Origin: Octopus sinensis
Taxonomy: Eukaryota
DNA: 64,000 nt
Reading direction: 5' to 3'
Assembly (NCBI RefSeq): GCF_006345805.1
Contig: NC_042998.1
Coordinates: 89,094,001-89,158,000 of the forward strand
Position 1 is the first letter of the stretch; every line of letters begins with the position of its first letter. The position numbers and the translations under genes are program-made. Below, piece after piece: positions 49,461 through 62,279 of the stretch. The notes below the pieces were generated by a model that was not told the DNA's origin, searched no databases, and was given only the letters and a program-made list of their open reading frames with translations.

Positions 49461-51794
49461 TCCCTTTCACAATCAGAGAAATTCATCTAAACGTATAGGT
49501 TGGTTACAAAGAGAGACAATGCTAACTGGATATAATCAATAATAGAAGCACTTTGAAAACCTTTCACATATTTACCTGTATTTAGACAAAGATGAGCATA
49601 TAGTAGACATTCAATTCGACTGATCCGTGAGAAAACGAAGCCTTACGAAGATACAATATTGTGGTGGTAGGCGTCAAATTCACACGAGCACGTTTGCCGC
49701 AGTGGGTGGTGTGTTAAAGACACACGGACTTACCCTGATGTATACAATGAAAGGTTACTATTTCCTTTATGCACATCTTGCAAGGATGTTTTATGTCTGC
49801 ATGACACACCCAAATATTTCTTTTAGTTATTAAATCTAGCACATGATCACTAGAATAAACGTACTCCCTTTATTGCTACTCCGCTTACGTATTATATGTC
49901 AGTCTTACAGCCACCAAAATTTACTGGATATCTTAACAAGTGACTTTGACACCAATTTCTGCAGATTGAAAGCAGCTCAGCAAACCAGTACTATGAGAAT
50001 TTGCATCTCTTAATCCTAACACTCTCATCTTCGGGTGGGGTAAAGAAAAATGACTAGTTTGTTTATAGAGATATATGTTGGTATATCAAATTTCATTAGT
50101 AGTTTACATTTATTGGCAACACAGCTATTAGGGCATGCATTCATAATCAGCATGGAACTATGGCAAGCAGATTATATATCTTATTTTAGTGTAGTCAGAA
50201 TTTTATATCATTTAGGACATCTTAGAAGCACAGACTTTGCAACAAATTACAGTTTCAGGCACTGTGCAGAGCGTGAGAAATATATGCGCATAAAAGCAAA
50301 AAGGCATATATCTGTTACAACATTTCATATTCTGCACTAAATTTCTAAAATCTTCTCAACCTACGGATATATGTTTGTGTGTGTGTGTATCATTCAGGAA
50401 CTGTCAGTGTCATGATGAAAGATATAAGAAGGTTTGGTTTCCAAATGTGAATTTCAATGTAACACCATAATTGTATACAAATATAAATACATGCACACAG
50501 ACAAGCATTAGAAAGCATTTTCTATGATGCTATCTAGTGCAACATGTCTAATTAATGACCATGTCATAAACCGAACTTTCTCAACTCGGTCTCATTTGCT
50601 CAGCATGTAATTTTGTATAAAATACATCTTTATGTTACTCAACAATTATTTGCATTCATTGTATTATATTGCTCTAAGTTATTCGTTTACTGCGATTGTT
50701 TAGTTGATCTTTAAGAATCGCTTTTTTTGTGGAACATTCATAATTGTATACAAATATGAATACATGCACACAGATAAGCATTAGAAAACATAGATGTGAG
50801 AGGAAATTATAAGAATATAAAAACTTCCCTCCAATATTTTTCAATGTGCTGACAAAGAGCGAAGAGTCCCCAGAAAAATTTAGTGATACGAAATATTTTG
50901 AAATTTAGCGAGTATATTGTAGAAAATAGAGGAACATAACCACTAATGAGTTCTGTAATCATGAATAAGCAAACGACAATAATTAGTTTTTTAATTATGA
51001 TAGGAAGAATGTAGAAAAGATAATATGGAAACACAGAGCAGCATGATTGGGAATGGAAGAAGAGTAAACGTAAGTGCATATGTACGCGTCTTCTCTATTT
51101 TGCAACGTGAGTGTGTATATAGCTTTCTATAAATTTGTTTACATTTAATCATCGTGTTGTTTATCTATACGAGTTTTATGTGCTTGTGTGTATGTTATGT
51201 GAGCGCGCGTGTTCGTGTGTGTTTGCGCGTATTTGTACACTTGTCTGTGTATCTGTGTTGTTCGAGTGTTTCGTCCATGTGTTTGCATACATAATTGATT
51301 AAGTATTAAATATCAAGGGAAACAAAGCACCGTAACATTCACATCTTCTTCAAGGAAGAATGATTTTAACTGGGGCTTAGAGCTAACACTGCAGAATCTC
51401 TAAGAAATTCAGACCATAGCGTCCCACCGATACTCGAAAGTATTCCTGTTTTCGTTAACCAATCGTAAATAAAAAGTTTGAATTACTTTCTTAACTCGTA
51501 ATGTTTCACTATCACTTTTACTAAATCATTCGTTAACTTTATTAAAAGTAAAGTTTGATTTCGTTAGATGCAAATCCTATAATTTTCAAACGAAAAGAAG
51601 AACGGGAAGTGTGATATTCCTTATTCATTGGCTCATGAAAAATGGCTTCAATCAGAAATAAGAATCACTTCAAAAAAACAAAACCAAAAAGGGAACCGAT
51701 GTACCATCATCTGAACAAAGTGACACATTTCAAGTTTGGGTTTATCAAAATCTAAGCTCTAATATTTCCTGATATTTATATATTTATAATCTTT

Positions 51795-52152
51795 TACTTG
51801 TTTCCGTCATTAGACTGCTGCCATGCTGGGGAACTGCTTTGCAGAACTTTCAGTCAAATGTATTGACCTCAGGACATATTTTTTTAAACCGGGAAATATT
51901 CTATCGGTCTCTGATGCCGAATCGCTAAATTACTGGAACGTAAACACTCAAGCACCAGTTGTCAAGCGGTGGTAAGGGTACAAACACTGACACACATACG
52001 ACGGGCTTCTTTCAGTTTCCATCTACCAAATCCACTTACAAGGCTATAGTCGGCTCGAGGCTATAGAAGACACTTGTCCAAGGTGTCACGCAGTGGAACT
52101 GAACCCAGATCCATGTGGTTGGGAAGAGAGCTTCTCACCACACCCACGCCTG
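51795..52152 (-). mobile_element. SINE family A
   Basis: Colinear with family A consensus. Confidence 0.85.
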
Positions 52153-52161
52153 CACACACAT

Positions 52162-52202
<41 letters not shown>

Positions 52203-53496
52203 CCAGTCTCTCTCTCTCTCTCTCATGTATATATATATATATATGTTTATAAGTATATATAAAGCGAGAGAAAGGGAGAGAAAAGAAAGAAAGTTTATGT
52301 GAGGAAGAGAAAGAGAAAGGAGAGAGAGTATGTAGAGAAGGAGAGAGAGCGTGCATGATGCTAATTGGATATTATCTGCATATCATCATCCGTTAGCGCG
52401 GAGCTCTTTTTTTTTAATAATTTAACTGAACACTTTATTAAATATACATCTTTAATGAAGTTTAAGATTTCGTATATTAATCACTTACGTACACATTTAA
52501 AAATTATATATGTAAAAGGCATTTCGAAGTTTATATATAAAAATCTGTAAAGCATTTCAATATTTTTTTACCTTAGCACTGTATGTATTTGACAACCATT
52601 TGACAAAAAAGTGGTCAGATTGTTAGATATCAGTTTTCATTATGTTGGAGATATTTGAATAAGAAATAAAGAAAACTTGAACACAATTGCATACATCTGA
52701 TTGCACAACAAAAGCTCCCTCTCTAACATGTGCATATATAAGCATCCCACAAAGTCTGCATTAATACACAAATATGCAGGGATACCAAGAAGGAGAGCAC
52801 AGCCATGTATGTATGTATGTATGTATGTATGTATGTATGTATGTATGTATGTACACGTACGCACACACACACACTCGCACACACATACACACACACACTC
52901 ACACACACACACACACACTCACACAGTTTATATGTCAATAAGAGATTATAAAGACAAAGAATCAGGCAATCACAAAGCATGCGACAACAAAGATTAAGAT
53001 CTACGTGATAATCGAATGATAATCAAAATTTGAAAGTAGAAGCGGAGATCATTTGGCAGTGTATCGTTTAGATCCGTGGGTGGTAATTTTATAAAGAATC
53101 TAGCTTATTCAGCAACAACAGCTTCTCCATTTTCTTGAGAAAACTTTTGTGACATACATTGAGGGGGAGGGTCACTTTGTTGCCGAAGCAGTCAATGAAC
53201 GCATTTGGGTCACACAACGGCTGGACAAACACAGAATTGTCTACATACATCTTGATTTACGAACATCTTAAAGAAATACGTGTTTACTTGTTCGAGTATT
53301 GTTGCTCAATTTACCTTTCGACTAACATTTGCTGATCTAGCTATTAATTTACCCCACCCAGGTCTTCCTTTATTGAACTATTTTCCTTTTTCTTTCTTCC
53401 GTTTTTGCAACCGGCTTCATGCCAGCTTTATCGCCGCACCCCTATGTAAGTCATTTATCATTTTCTGTCTGACCTACCTGTTTATATTGCTCGAAA

Positions 53497-53570
<74 letters not shown>

Positions 53571-53587
53571 ATAATAATAATAATAAT
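53497..53587. repeat. (TAC)n(TAA)n trinucleotide microsatellite
   Basis: Direct inspection. Confidence 0.95.
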
Positions 53588-53699
53588 GACATAAATTCAT
53601 CAGATATTTGATATAACATTCTCTGCCCCATTTTTTTTACATATTCAATGTCTTTTTTCCCAAGAACATACATACAAATGCATATATATGTGGAGTGTA

Positions 53700-53732
<33 letters not shown>

Positions 53733-53733
53733 G

Positions 53734-53771
<38 letters not shown>

Positions 53772-53837
53772 TACATATATGCATGTATATATATATTATA
53801 TATATATATGCATACAAATATGCATGTATATATATAT

Positions 53838-53869
<32 letters not shown>

Positions 53870-54328
53870 CTTATATATTCTATAAATATATTTTCAAGGC
53901 GGTGCCCCAGCATGGCCACTGTCTAATAACTGAAACCAGTGAAAGATAAGATATATACATATCAAACAGACACAGACACACACAAGCCCACCCCCAACTA
54001 GTCCCGCCCTAAGCCCACCACAGTCTTCTGCATAAGAAGATACACACGCATATATAAACAAGCAGACAAACAGATATATTTCTATTTTAACAGTTTGATA
54101 CCTCTGTACGTCAATATTTATATGCAGTTAAGAAACATGGGTGGTAGAATTGCTAAAGCGCCGGGCAAAATATTTTTGTAACATTTAACTTTGGTACATT
54201 TGGTACATAAGTTCGAAGCCTAAATCGATCAAAATGAATTTTCAAAATTCCGTTTTGTAAATTTAGTTAATTATACCCTGCCCTTTGTAAATCTGCGCCA
54301 AGAACTATTCAAAATTTAATAAGTCATA

Positions 54329-54364
<36 letters not shown>

Positions 54365-54368
<4 letters not shown>

Positions 54369-54540
54369 GTGTTTTTCCCTCACCATCGCTTAACAACCGA
54401 GGCTGGTGTGTTTACATCCCCGTAATCTAGTGGTTCGGCAAAGACCGATAGAATAAGTACTAGCCTTACGTCCTTGGGTTGATTTGTTCGTCTAAAGGCA
54501 GTGATCTAACATGGCCGCAGTCAAATGACAAACAAATAAA
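54365..54540 (+). mobile_element. SINE family A, 3' module
   Basis: GCTGGTGTGTTTACATCCCCGTAA...GACCGATAGAATAAGTAC...CATGGCCGCAGTCAAATGAC. Confidence 0.8.
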
Positions 54541-54947
54541 AGAGAATATATTATATTATATACATTATTATTTACCCTCCCAAATATTGTACCTCACCAA
54601 AAAGTGAACTCCCCACAAAAATGCAACAACCTACCTGTTTCAAATAATAAATCACCAATCACTTCCCTTTAGATTTTTCTACATGCATGTTTATTTACAA
54701 AGAGACACTCATACAAGCAACATGGACTAAAAACTATTTCATATAATACGAAATTGCATTATTTTCGCCAATTTCAAAGTCATGTTTAGCGAAACGTGAA
54801 ACCAGTTGACTATCATAATATTTTATGCTTTAAATTATATTAAAAATACATAAATCGTGTGTATTTTCCTTATTCTGTTATATATTTTTTCACTACAACT
54901 CAATACGTGGGGAAAATCTTTTCAACGAAATTCTTTACCATATATAA

Positions 54948-55250
54948 GAAGAGTACTCCGTTGGTTACGACGACGAGGGTCCCAGCTGATACGATCAACA
55001 GAACAGCTTGCTCATGAAATCAGCGTTCAAGTGGCTGTACCGTTAACATAGTTCTCAGGAAGATTCAGCGTCACACAGAATGTGACAAGGCTGCACCTTT
55101 GAAATACAGGTACTACTCACTTTTGGCAGCTCAGTGAACCGGAGCAACGTGAAATAAAGTGTGTTGCTCAAGGACACAATGCGTCGCCAGGAATTGAATT
55201 CACAACCTTACGATCGTGAGCCGAATGCCCTAACCACTAAGCCACGCGCC
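54948..55250 (-). mobile_element. tRNA-derived SINE, family C, near full length
   Basis: Minus strand head GGCGCGTGGCTTAGTGGTTAGGG (A box), GAATTCAATTCC (B box), GTGTCCTTGAGCAA CORE-like domain. Confidence 0.85.
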
Positions 55251-55398
55251 TTCTGTGTGTGTGTGTGTCTGTGTGTAAAGAAAGAAAAAAATAAAGATAA
55301 ATACAAATACTAAAGTTCCAATACGCGTTTCACATCATGGTTGTCTCGTTCCAAATGTACATAGATGTTCAACCATCGGTAACTTAATTCCCTATTGT

Positions 55399-55500
55399 GT
55401 TCCCTGATGATCCATAGTGGTTGGGTTGAGCATCTATATGCATTTGGAGCTTCTATCGCAGAGCCCAAGACAACCATAATGGTGAAAAGCCTGTAGGAAC
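55399..55500 (+). ncRNA. type-I hammerhead motif with extended stem II
   Basis: GUUCC-CUGAUGA-U-CCAU-A-GUGGUUG...CAACCAU-A-AUGG-U-GAA-AAGCCUGU-A-GGAAC. Stem I 5 bp, cleavage predicted after GUA at 55495. Truncated inverted copy at 55293-55374 reads GAAACGCGUA. Confidence 0.7.
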
Positions 55501-55789
55501 TTTAATATAAATTTATGTTTATCCTTGGTTTTCCTACATTTGCTCTGTAGCTGATAAGTGGTAATTCTACTCAGTATATTAGTTACTTAGCAACTGGATT
55601 TTGGAAATCTACGTAGATCTCTAAGAATAACATTAACAGACGTATATCTGTTTGTATATATAATTCCTGCGTGTGAACAAACAAAAGAAGTACAACTCAA
55701 CACATAATTGGAATTGTATTTATTGACTAACAGTTCCTGTCACCCTCCCTCTCTATCTCTCTCTTTCCATATATATATTTTTTTTCTTT

Positions 55790-56012
55790 ACTGCCCACAA
55801 GGGGCTAAACATAGAGGGGACAAACAAGGACAGACAAAGGGATTAAGTCGATTACATCGACCCCAGTGCGAAACTGGTACTTTATTTATCGACCTCCAAA
55901 GGATGAAAGGCAAAGTCGACCTTGGCGGAATTTGAACTCAGAATGTAACGGCAGACGAAATACGGCTACGCATTTCGCCCGGCGTGCTAACGTTTCTGTC
56001 AGCTCGCCGCCT
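55790..56012 (-). mobile_element. SINE family B, tail type 1, near-consensus
   Basis: Nearly identical to reverse complement of 26971-27200. Confidence 0.92.
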
Positions 56013-56021
56013 TTGTATATG

Positions 56022-56052
<31 letters not shown>

Positions 56053-56086
56053 CACACACACACAACATGCTAATGATTCTGTATAT

Positions 56087-56165
<79 letters not shown>

Positions 56166-56736
56166 ATATATATTTACACGTTTAAATCTGTATGCATTCA
56201 CCTCCACATATATATGTATACTTACAGACACTAACACGCACATATATATATATATATAGATCCTCTGTCCCTGTTTCGCACACCTCTTCTTGCAGTTGCT
56301 TTATCCCAATTCCGCCTTTGATAACCTGACCTTCCATTCTTATTTTCAGATGTAGTTTACATGATCATACATCATCCAATATTATCCTGTTTTTAACGAT
56401 GGGGCGATTCGGCTGGTATTCTAGTAAATGGTATGACGGGTTTTTAGCTCCTTTGTTGGCTCGTGTTAAACATAGGTGAGTAAATAAATAAAAATCACAT
56501 TCTTTATCCATGTATGATCATGTATCTTTGCTGTGTGCCCTTATGTTTTTGTTTGTGGGGTGTAATGTTATTTTTTGTTGTAGTTTGTCCACACGCTTAA
56601 TAGAGACTCTCAGTATTTAAAGAAACTTTGTGTACTAACGAGAAAGAATGAACGTTAATGTTTCTTGTTGGTGAAGTGTCTTGCAAGAACGAAAGGGGCT
56701 AAAATTAATATGGTCTCAAAGAGCAGGACGGTTTAA

Positions 56737-57385
56737 GGCGGCGAGCTGACAGAATCGCTAGCATATTGGATAAAAGTGATTAGCTACATTTCGTCTATCC
56801 TCCCGCTTTGAGTTCAAATTCCGCTGAGGTCGACTTTGCTCTCAATCCTTTTCGGGCTGAGACTACAAGTACTAGTGGTGCGCTAGGGTCGACGTAATTG
56901 AAATTCCCCTGTGAAATTGCTGGCCTTGTGTCAACATTTAAAATCAATATTAGAACGGCTTAAAACTTTTGAAACACATCCAGCATCCTGGTAAAAAAAA
57001 ATGATCATATGGACATAGAATGTTTTGTCTTCTAATACCCTTTCTTTTTGTGGGTGGGGTTCCTGTTATAATTCAGTCTGTGATTAGAGTTGTACGTAAA
57101 TATCAACAAAAAAAAAATCAAGTTTATTAAGGAAATCATCGTTATTGCTTTAACAATAAAATTTATATCTGTCTGTCTATATTCTTGCTACGACTTCACA
57201 CTCCAGCTCTAATGTGACCAGTTGGCAGAATCACTAGTGCGTCGGACAAAATGTTTATCAGTATTTCTTTCGACTCTTGACATTCTGGGTTCAAATTTTG
57301 CCGAGTTTTACTTTGCAGTTCACCCTTTCTGGGTTTTAAAATAAGTACAGATAACCAATTCAAAATCCTTGAGTCAAAATTTGAA
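56737..57385 (+). mobile_element. two diverged SINE family B copies (56737-56945, 57220-57385)
   Basis: GGCGGCGAGCTGACAGAATCG head; GTTCAAATT B box. Confidence 0.7.
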
Positions 57386-57808
57386 ACAGTTATTTGTCTG
57401 GCTGTTTCTTTCTCTCTTAAATGTTCTTGGGATGTCAATGAGAATTCCTGTTTAATATAAGCATTCAGTACAGCAATCTATTAGTCTTTTTCCCTAACAC
57501 ACTCATTATTATTAGTATTATTATTATTATTATTGGTTAATATATAAAGAGACTTCTTCATTTCTTTGTCCATCCTTGGTCGATATAAATGCTATTTATA
57601 TAGCAACCACTCGTGATGTCAATGACTACTATATATTGTGTATCAAAATAAGTTACAGTTTAGTCCTTGTGCACTCACTGATTTAATATATTGCTTAAAT
57701 GAACTAAAATTGTGTTAGTTAAGTTCATGTTCGTCTGTCCACATACAAATACATACGCCCGCGCGAAAACGCAGCTAGAGGTGGGTGTGTGGACAAATTC
57801 CTAGGGTG

Positions 57809-57842
<34 letters not shown>

Positions 57843-57924
57843 ATATATATACATATGTACATATACACATACACAAACACACGCATATATACATACAGAG
57901 AAACACGCACATATCTGTCTATCT

Positions 57925-60900
57925 AATAGTCAGGTCACTCTCGAGTGCTATTAGTCGCTCTTGTTCGCTACTGGTAACATGTAATCCAGTACAACCTGTT
58001 ACATAGTCGGATCGTCGGTGACTAAACTGGCAACCCCACCAAGCTTGCTTGGTGAGGAGGGTGATTGCTGATGGATTCCCTGCGGACGAAAAACTGAACC
58101 TGTCAAAAGGGTGGAGGAATTCATGAGTAGTCAACGGCCATCCAACTATGTGTATATGCATTTACTGTTTTTTTTTAAATATGTTTTTCATGTATTTAAT
58201 TCCAGATATTAAGGGGAAGATAGGGCTCCTTAACCGTGGTCAATGCAACCCATCTAGGAGAAGGAAACTGATATAAAACCAGGTCTTTGGTTGCTGAGGG
58301 TTTCCTTAACACGGCTGTACTATCAGCGAACTCTGATTCATAGGTAGACTAGGTTCTTCAGCTTGTTTATAGCGGCTTGTCTAGGAGATGGAAACCTTTG
58401 AAGAAAAAGCCTGTGGTGTGTTGTTCTTGGTATTGTGGCACATATGTGCACCATATTCTTACTATCATCATTTCGAGAAAGTGCGGCTAGTACTACGCTA
58501 GCTTTCAACACTCAAATCAAATCATGTGTGGGTTTTCTGACAACTTACTTTTATTCATTCAATACAGCACAGATTAAACTGGCAAAAATCAAAAAGTCCT
58601 CTGGCGAGAGAGTGAAAGCAGCAGGGACAGGTAAAGGACATTACAGGAAGTCTCTTGCTGGATCTCTACACAGTCGGCGACCATTGGTTGATGGCTGTTC
58701 CAGCACAGAACTTGTGAGTAACTGCGTTGTCCGTGTTCTGTAGTGGTGACAAAGCAGGTCTATTTATACGTATTTAAACGATGGCGTCCCAAACATTGCT
58801 TACTCACATTAGACTTGGCAGCCCGCTGTAACTGTCTGGTTATTCATTAATGCAGTCGAAACATGAAGAAATTTAATAATATTAACATTGTACGCGCTCT
58901 CCAAGACAGCCACTCAGCACCAGAACTAAAAGTAGCACTGGTTGTCCTTGAACAAAAGAAATACAACATTGACATAACTGCACTCAATGAAACTCGTCTT
59001 GCAGGATCATCACAGTTAGAAGAAGGTAAAAATGGATACATAATTTTCTGATGTGGAAGAAATGAAGACGAGCTCGTTTTGGTATTGACTATCAGGCATG
59101 GTAGGGTGCACTTGGTTGCCATGATGTTGGTCGAATGAACTCCAGCGGTCCGAGTGTGCTCTCCATCTGCAGGGAATTCAGTCTAAGCATCACAAATACC
59201 CTTTTTCAACAGCGAAATTGTTATAAGATAACCTGGATGCATCCTAGATCTAAGGATTGGCATCTCATAGAAAATGTTATCACTAAGAAACGAGATACTA
59301 GGGACTTTAGCATTACACGTTCCTTTCAAAATACCTGCTATTTCTCTGACTATTTTCTTCTCCGTAGTAAGACTACGTTCCATCTTAAACACACAAGACT
59401 AGAAAAGTCATCAGCACATTAATGCTCTGCCTTTGAAAACTGTTGAATACAGGCTGAGCTCTCTATTAAGTTGGACACTGTTCTCAACATTGTTGTTATC
59501 AGTGATGGCATAGAATCATCTTGGAAGGCTCTGCGTGATGCAACGCACTCTGCATATGTAGTGTTCTTGAACTTCTTGTCCGTGTTCGTAAACATAAAGA
59601 TTGGTTCAGGGATAACAACACAGATATCCAACAGTTGATAGATAAAATGCACAGCTCTCACAAAATATGGATAAATGATAAGAGCTAATCTAGAAAAGAG
59701 AATGCCGACAAGAAATGCAGAGGCCAGGTTCAACGCGCTCTGAGATAGATGAATGGGACTTGGCGGTCTTTTACGGCTACTGAACTCCAAGAACCTGCAG
59801 ACAGAAAGGATTCTAAAGCCTTTTATGATGGCCTCAATAAAGTGAATTGTCATCAAGAGTACGGTATTACTCCTATTTTTTCATCGAATAGAGAGACACT
59901 GTTGACTGACAAATCTGACATCCTGAAACGATGGAAAGATCACTTCGAAGCCGTGTTGAACTCCACCTCAATCACTAATGATGATGTCATAATGTCTATA
60001 CCACAGTATGCTGAAATACCATAACTGTCTCTGGAGCCAACCTTTCTGGAACTGGTAAACTTTATTAAACAGACCTCTTCTGGTAAAGTGCTAGGCAGGG
60101 ATGCCGTCCCTCCTGAAATCTACATGGTAGACAGAAGCTATTTAAGAAACTGCATAACCTCTTCATAAATATTTGGATGGTAGGCCGTGTACAACAGGAC
60201 TTCAAGGATGGCTCAATTCAACACCTTTATAAGAACAAAGGAAACAGAAGTGTCTGTGATAATCATCGTGGGATATCGCTTCTGTCAGTTGCTGGTAAGA
60301 TTCTTGCTCGACTCCTTGACAGTATCATCAAACACGTTGTAAATAATATCTACCCGGAATCACAATGCAGATTTTTCTCTGGTCGTGACACTATCGACAT
60401 GATTTTTCCCTTCGACAGGTCATGAAGAAGGTACGTGAGAAAAATCAAGAATTGTTCTCGATATTCGCTGACCTTACTAACCGGCAAACACTATGGAAAA
60501 TACTGAAAAAGCTTGTTACACTTGACGATATGATGAATGTTATCTTCCCTTTCATGAGGGAATCAATGCTACTGTCGTGTCCGTAGGGAATCTTCGGCTT
60601 CCGTCGACGTTACAAACGTCACAAAAACAAGGTTGTGTTACGGATCCTGTTTGTTTGCACTCTTCTTTTCAGCGATGCTGAGATTTTGTTTTGGCGACAT
60701 ATAAAGTGGTGTCAAATTCTAGCTTCGAACAAGTAGTGAACTATTCAATCATCAGCGTCTCAAAGACAGAACACTATTATGCACCAGTATCATTCGTGAT
60801 TTACTTTTTGCAGATGATGCTGCACTAGTGGCGACCTCCTTGGAGGAAGCTCAGGTACTTCTAGACCGGTTATCTGCTGCATGTAAATCTTTTCGTTTCA

Positions 60901-60960
60901 CCGTCAGCATAAAGAAGACGGAAGTAATCCACCAAACTTACCCTACTCCTAAACAAATTC
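57925..60960 (+). mobile_element. RTE-clade LINE, degraded, 3'-truncated
   Basis: 5' UTR, then APE motifs DITALNETRL and TWMHPRSKDWHLI, RT motifs DNHRGISLLSVAGKILAR, PESQCRF, LLFADDAAL, VSIKKTEV. Many stops and frameshifts; ends in (CA)n. Confidence 0.9.
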
Positions 60961-60989
60961 GAGGCATACATACGTATACACGCATACAT

Positions 60990-61047
<58 letters not shown>

Positions 61048-61140
61048 ACACATAAATACATACACATAATATAATAATAATAATAATAATAAAATGACAA
61101 CAAAAAATGAGACATCGATATTATATAAATAGAGAAATTT

Positions 61141-61174
<34 letters not shown>

Positions 61175-61177
61175 ATA

Positions 61178-61208
<31 letters not shown>

Positions 61209-61604
61209 GGCGCAGGAGTGGCTGTGTGGTAAGTAGCTTGCTAACCAACCACATGGTTCCGGGTTCAGTCGCACTGCGTGGCATCTTGGGCAAGTGTCTT
61301 CTGTTATAGCCTCGGGCCGACCATAGCCTTGTGAGTGGATTTGGTAGATGGAAACTGAAAGAAGCCTGTCGTATATATGTATATATATATATGTGTGTGT
61401 ATATGTTTGTGTGTCTGTGTTTGTCCCCCTAGCATTGCTTGACAACCGATGCTGGTGTGTTTACGTCCCCGTAACTTAGCGGTTCGGCAAAAAAACCGAT
61501 AGAATAAGTACTGGGCTTACAAAGAATAAGTCCCGGGGTCGAGTTGCTCGACTAAAGGCGGTGCTCCAGCATGGCCGCAGTCAAATGACTGAAACAAGTA
61601 AAAG
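61209..61604 (+). mobile_element. SINE family A, full length
   Basis: A box TGGCTGTGTGG, B box GGTTCAGTCGC, CTTGGGCAAGT CORE-like motif, internal (TA/TG)n, 3' module ending GACTGAAACAAGTAAAAG. Confidence 0.92.
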
Positions 61605-61627
61605 AGAGAAAGATATATATATATAAA

Positions 61628-61830
61628 GTTAATCCAAACATGAAAACACCAAGAGAAAACACAACAACGCGAGGACGTGGAACAAGTAAAGTGTTATTGG
61701 ACGCTCAGGAAAAGAAAGAAAGATGATTAAACGCTTGGAGCGGAGCTCTTCGTCAGAAACATAAGAAAAGGAAAGATCCAATGAAGGGAAGACGGAGGAA
61801 AAAAATCGCCAACGATACACACGCGGTCAC
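61628..61830 (-). mobile_element. Penelope-like terminal repeat fragment with decayed hammerhead
   Basis: Homologous to 8228-8450; minus strand GUUU-CUGACGA-A-GAGC/UCC/GCUC-CAAGCGUU (GAAAC mutated) at 61730-61760. Confidence 0.6.
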
Positions 61831-62024
61831 ATATTGAATATATATATATATATATATATTTGTTTTGCAAGATTTCTGGTGTGAAATCGTGTGTTGAAAC
61901 AGATATTGTTGTATTTAGGAATGGTCATTTTGCCAGGTTAGCCAATAAAAACACACGCACTATATATTTGGTGTTACTTTGCTTCAGCGTTATTTATTTT
62001 TTACATTAATCTTAATCTTATTTC

Positions 62025-62069
62025 GGCCAGAGTTCTTTCGTCACATTCCTGTGACCTCATCAGTGGTCC
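62025..62069 (-). ncRNA. minimal type-I hammerhead motif
   Basis: Minus strand GGACCA-CUGAUGA-G-GUCACA/GGAA/UGUGAC-GAA-AGAACU-C-UGGCC. 6-bp stem II, 2-bp stem III, CUC cleavage triplet. Confidence 0.7.
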
Positions 62070-62279
62070 TTTGCTTTCTTCTTTCTTATTTGTGTGTCTC
62101 TCCTTACTAACGGTCAGCCATTTTGTACTTTGTATTTCTATTGTATGTGTCTTCATTTGCGCATGCGTATACGTCTATGTGTGTCTATGTTTAGTAAGTG
62201 TGTGTGTGTGGGGGGGGAAGTGCTTGTAAAATTTGTATCTCCCGTTTATATACAGGAAATGGTATTAAGATGAGTGTTT

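Noticed and set aside
57736-57795. Hairpin TGTCCACATAC...GTGTGTGGACA with internal GAAAACGC
   Set aside because: No CUGANGA core and no element boundaries; partly explained by CA/TG low complexity.
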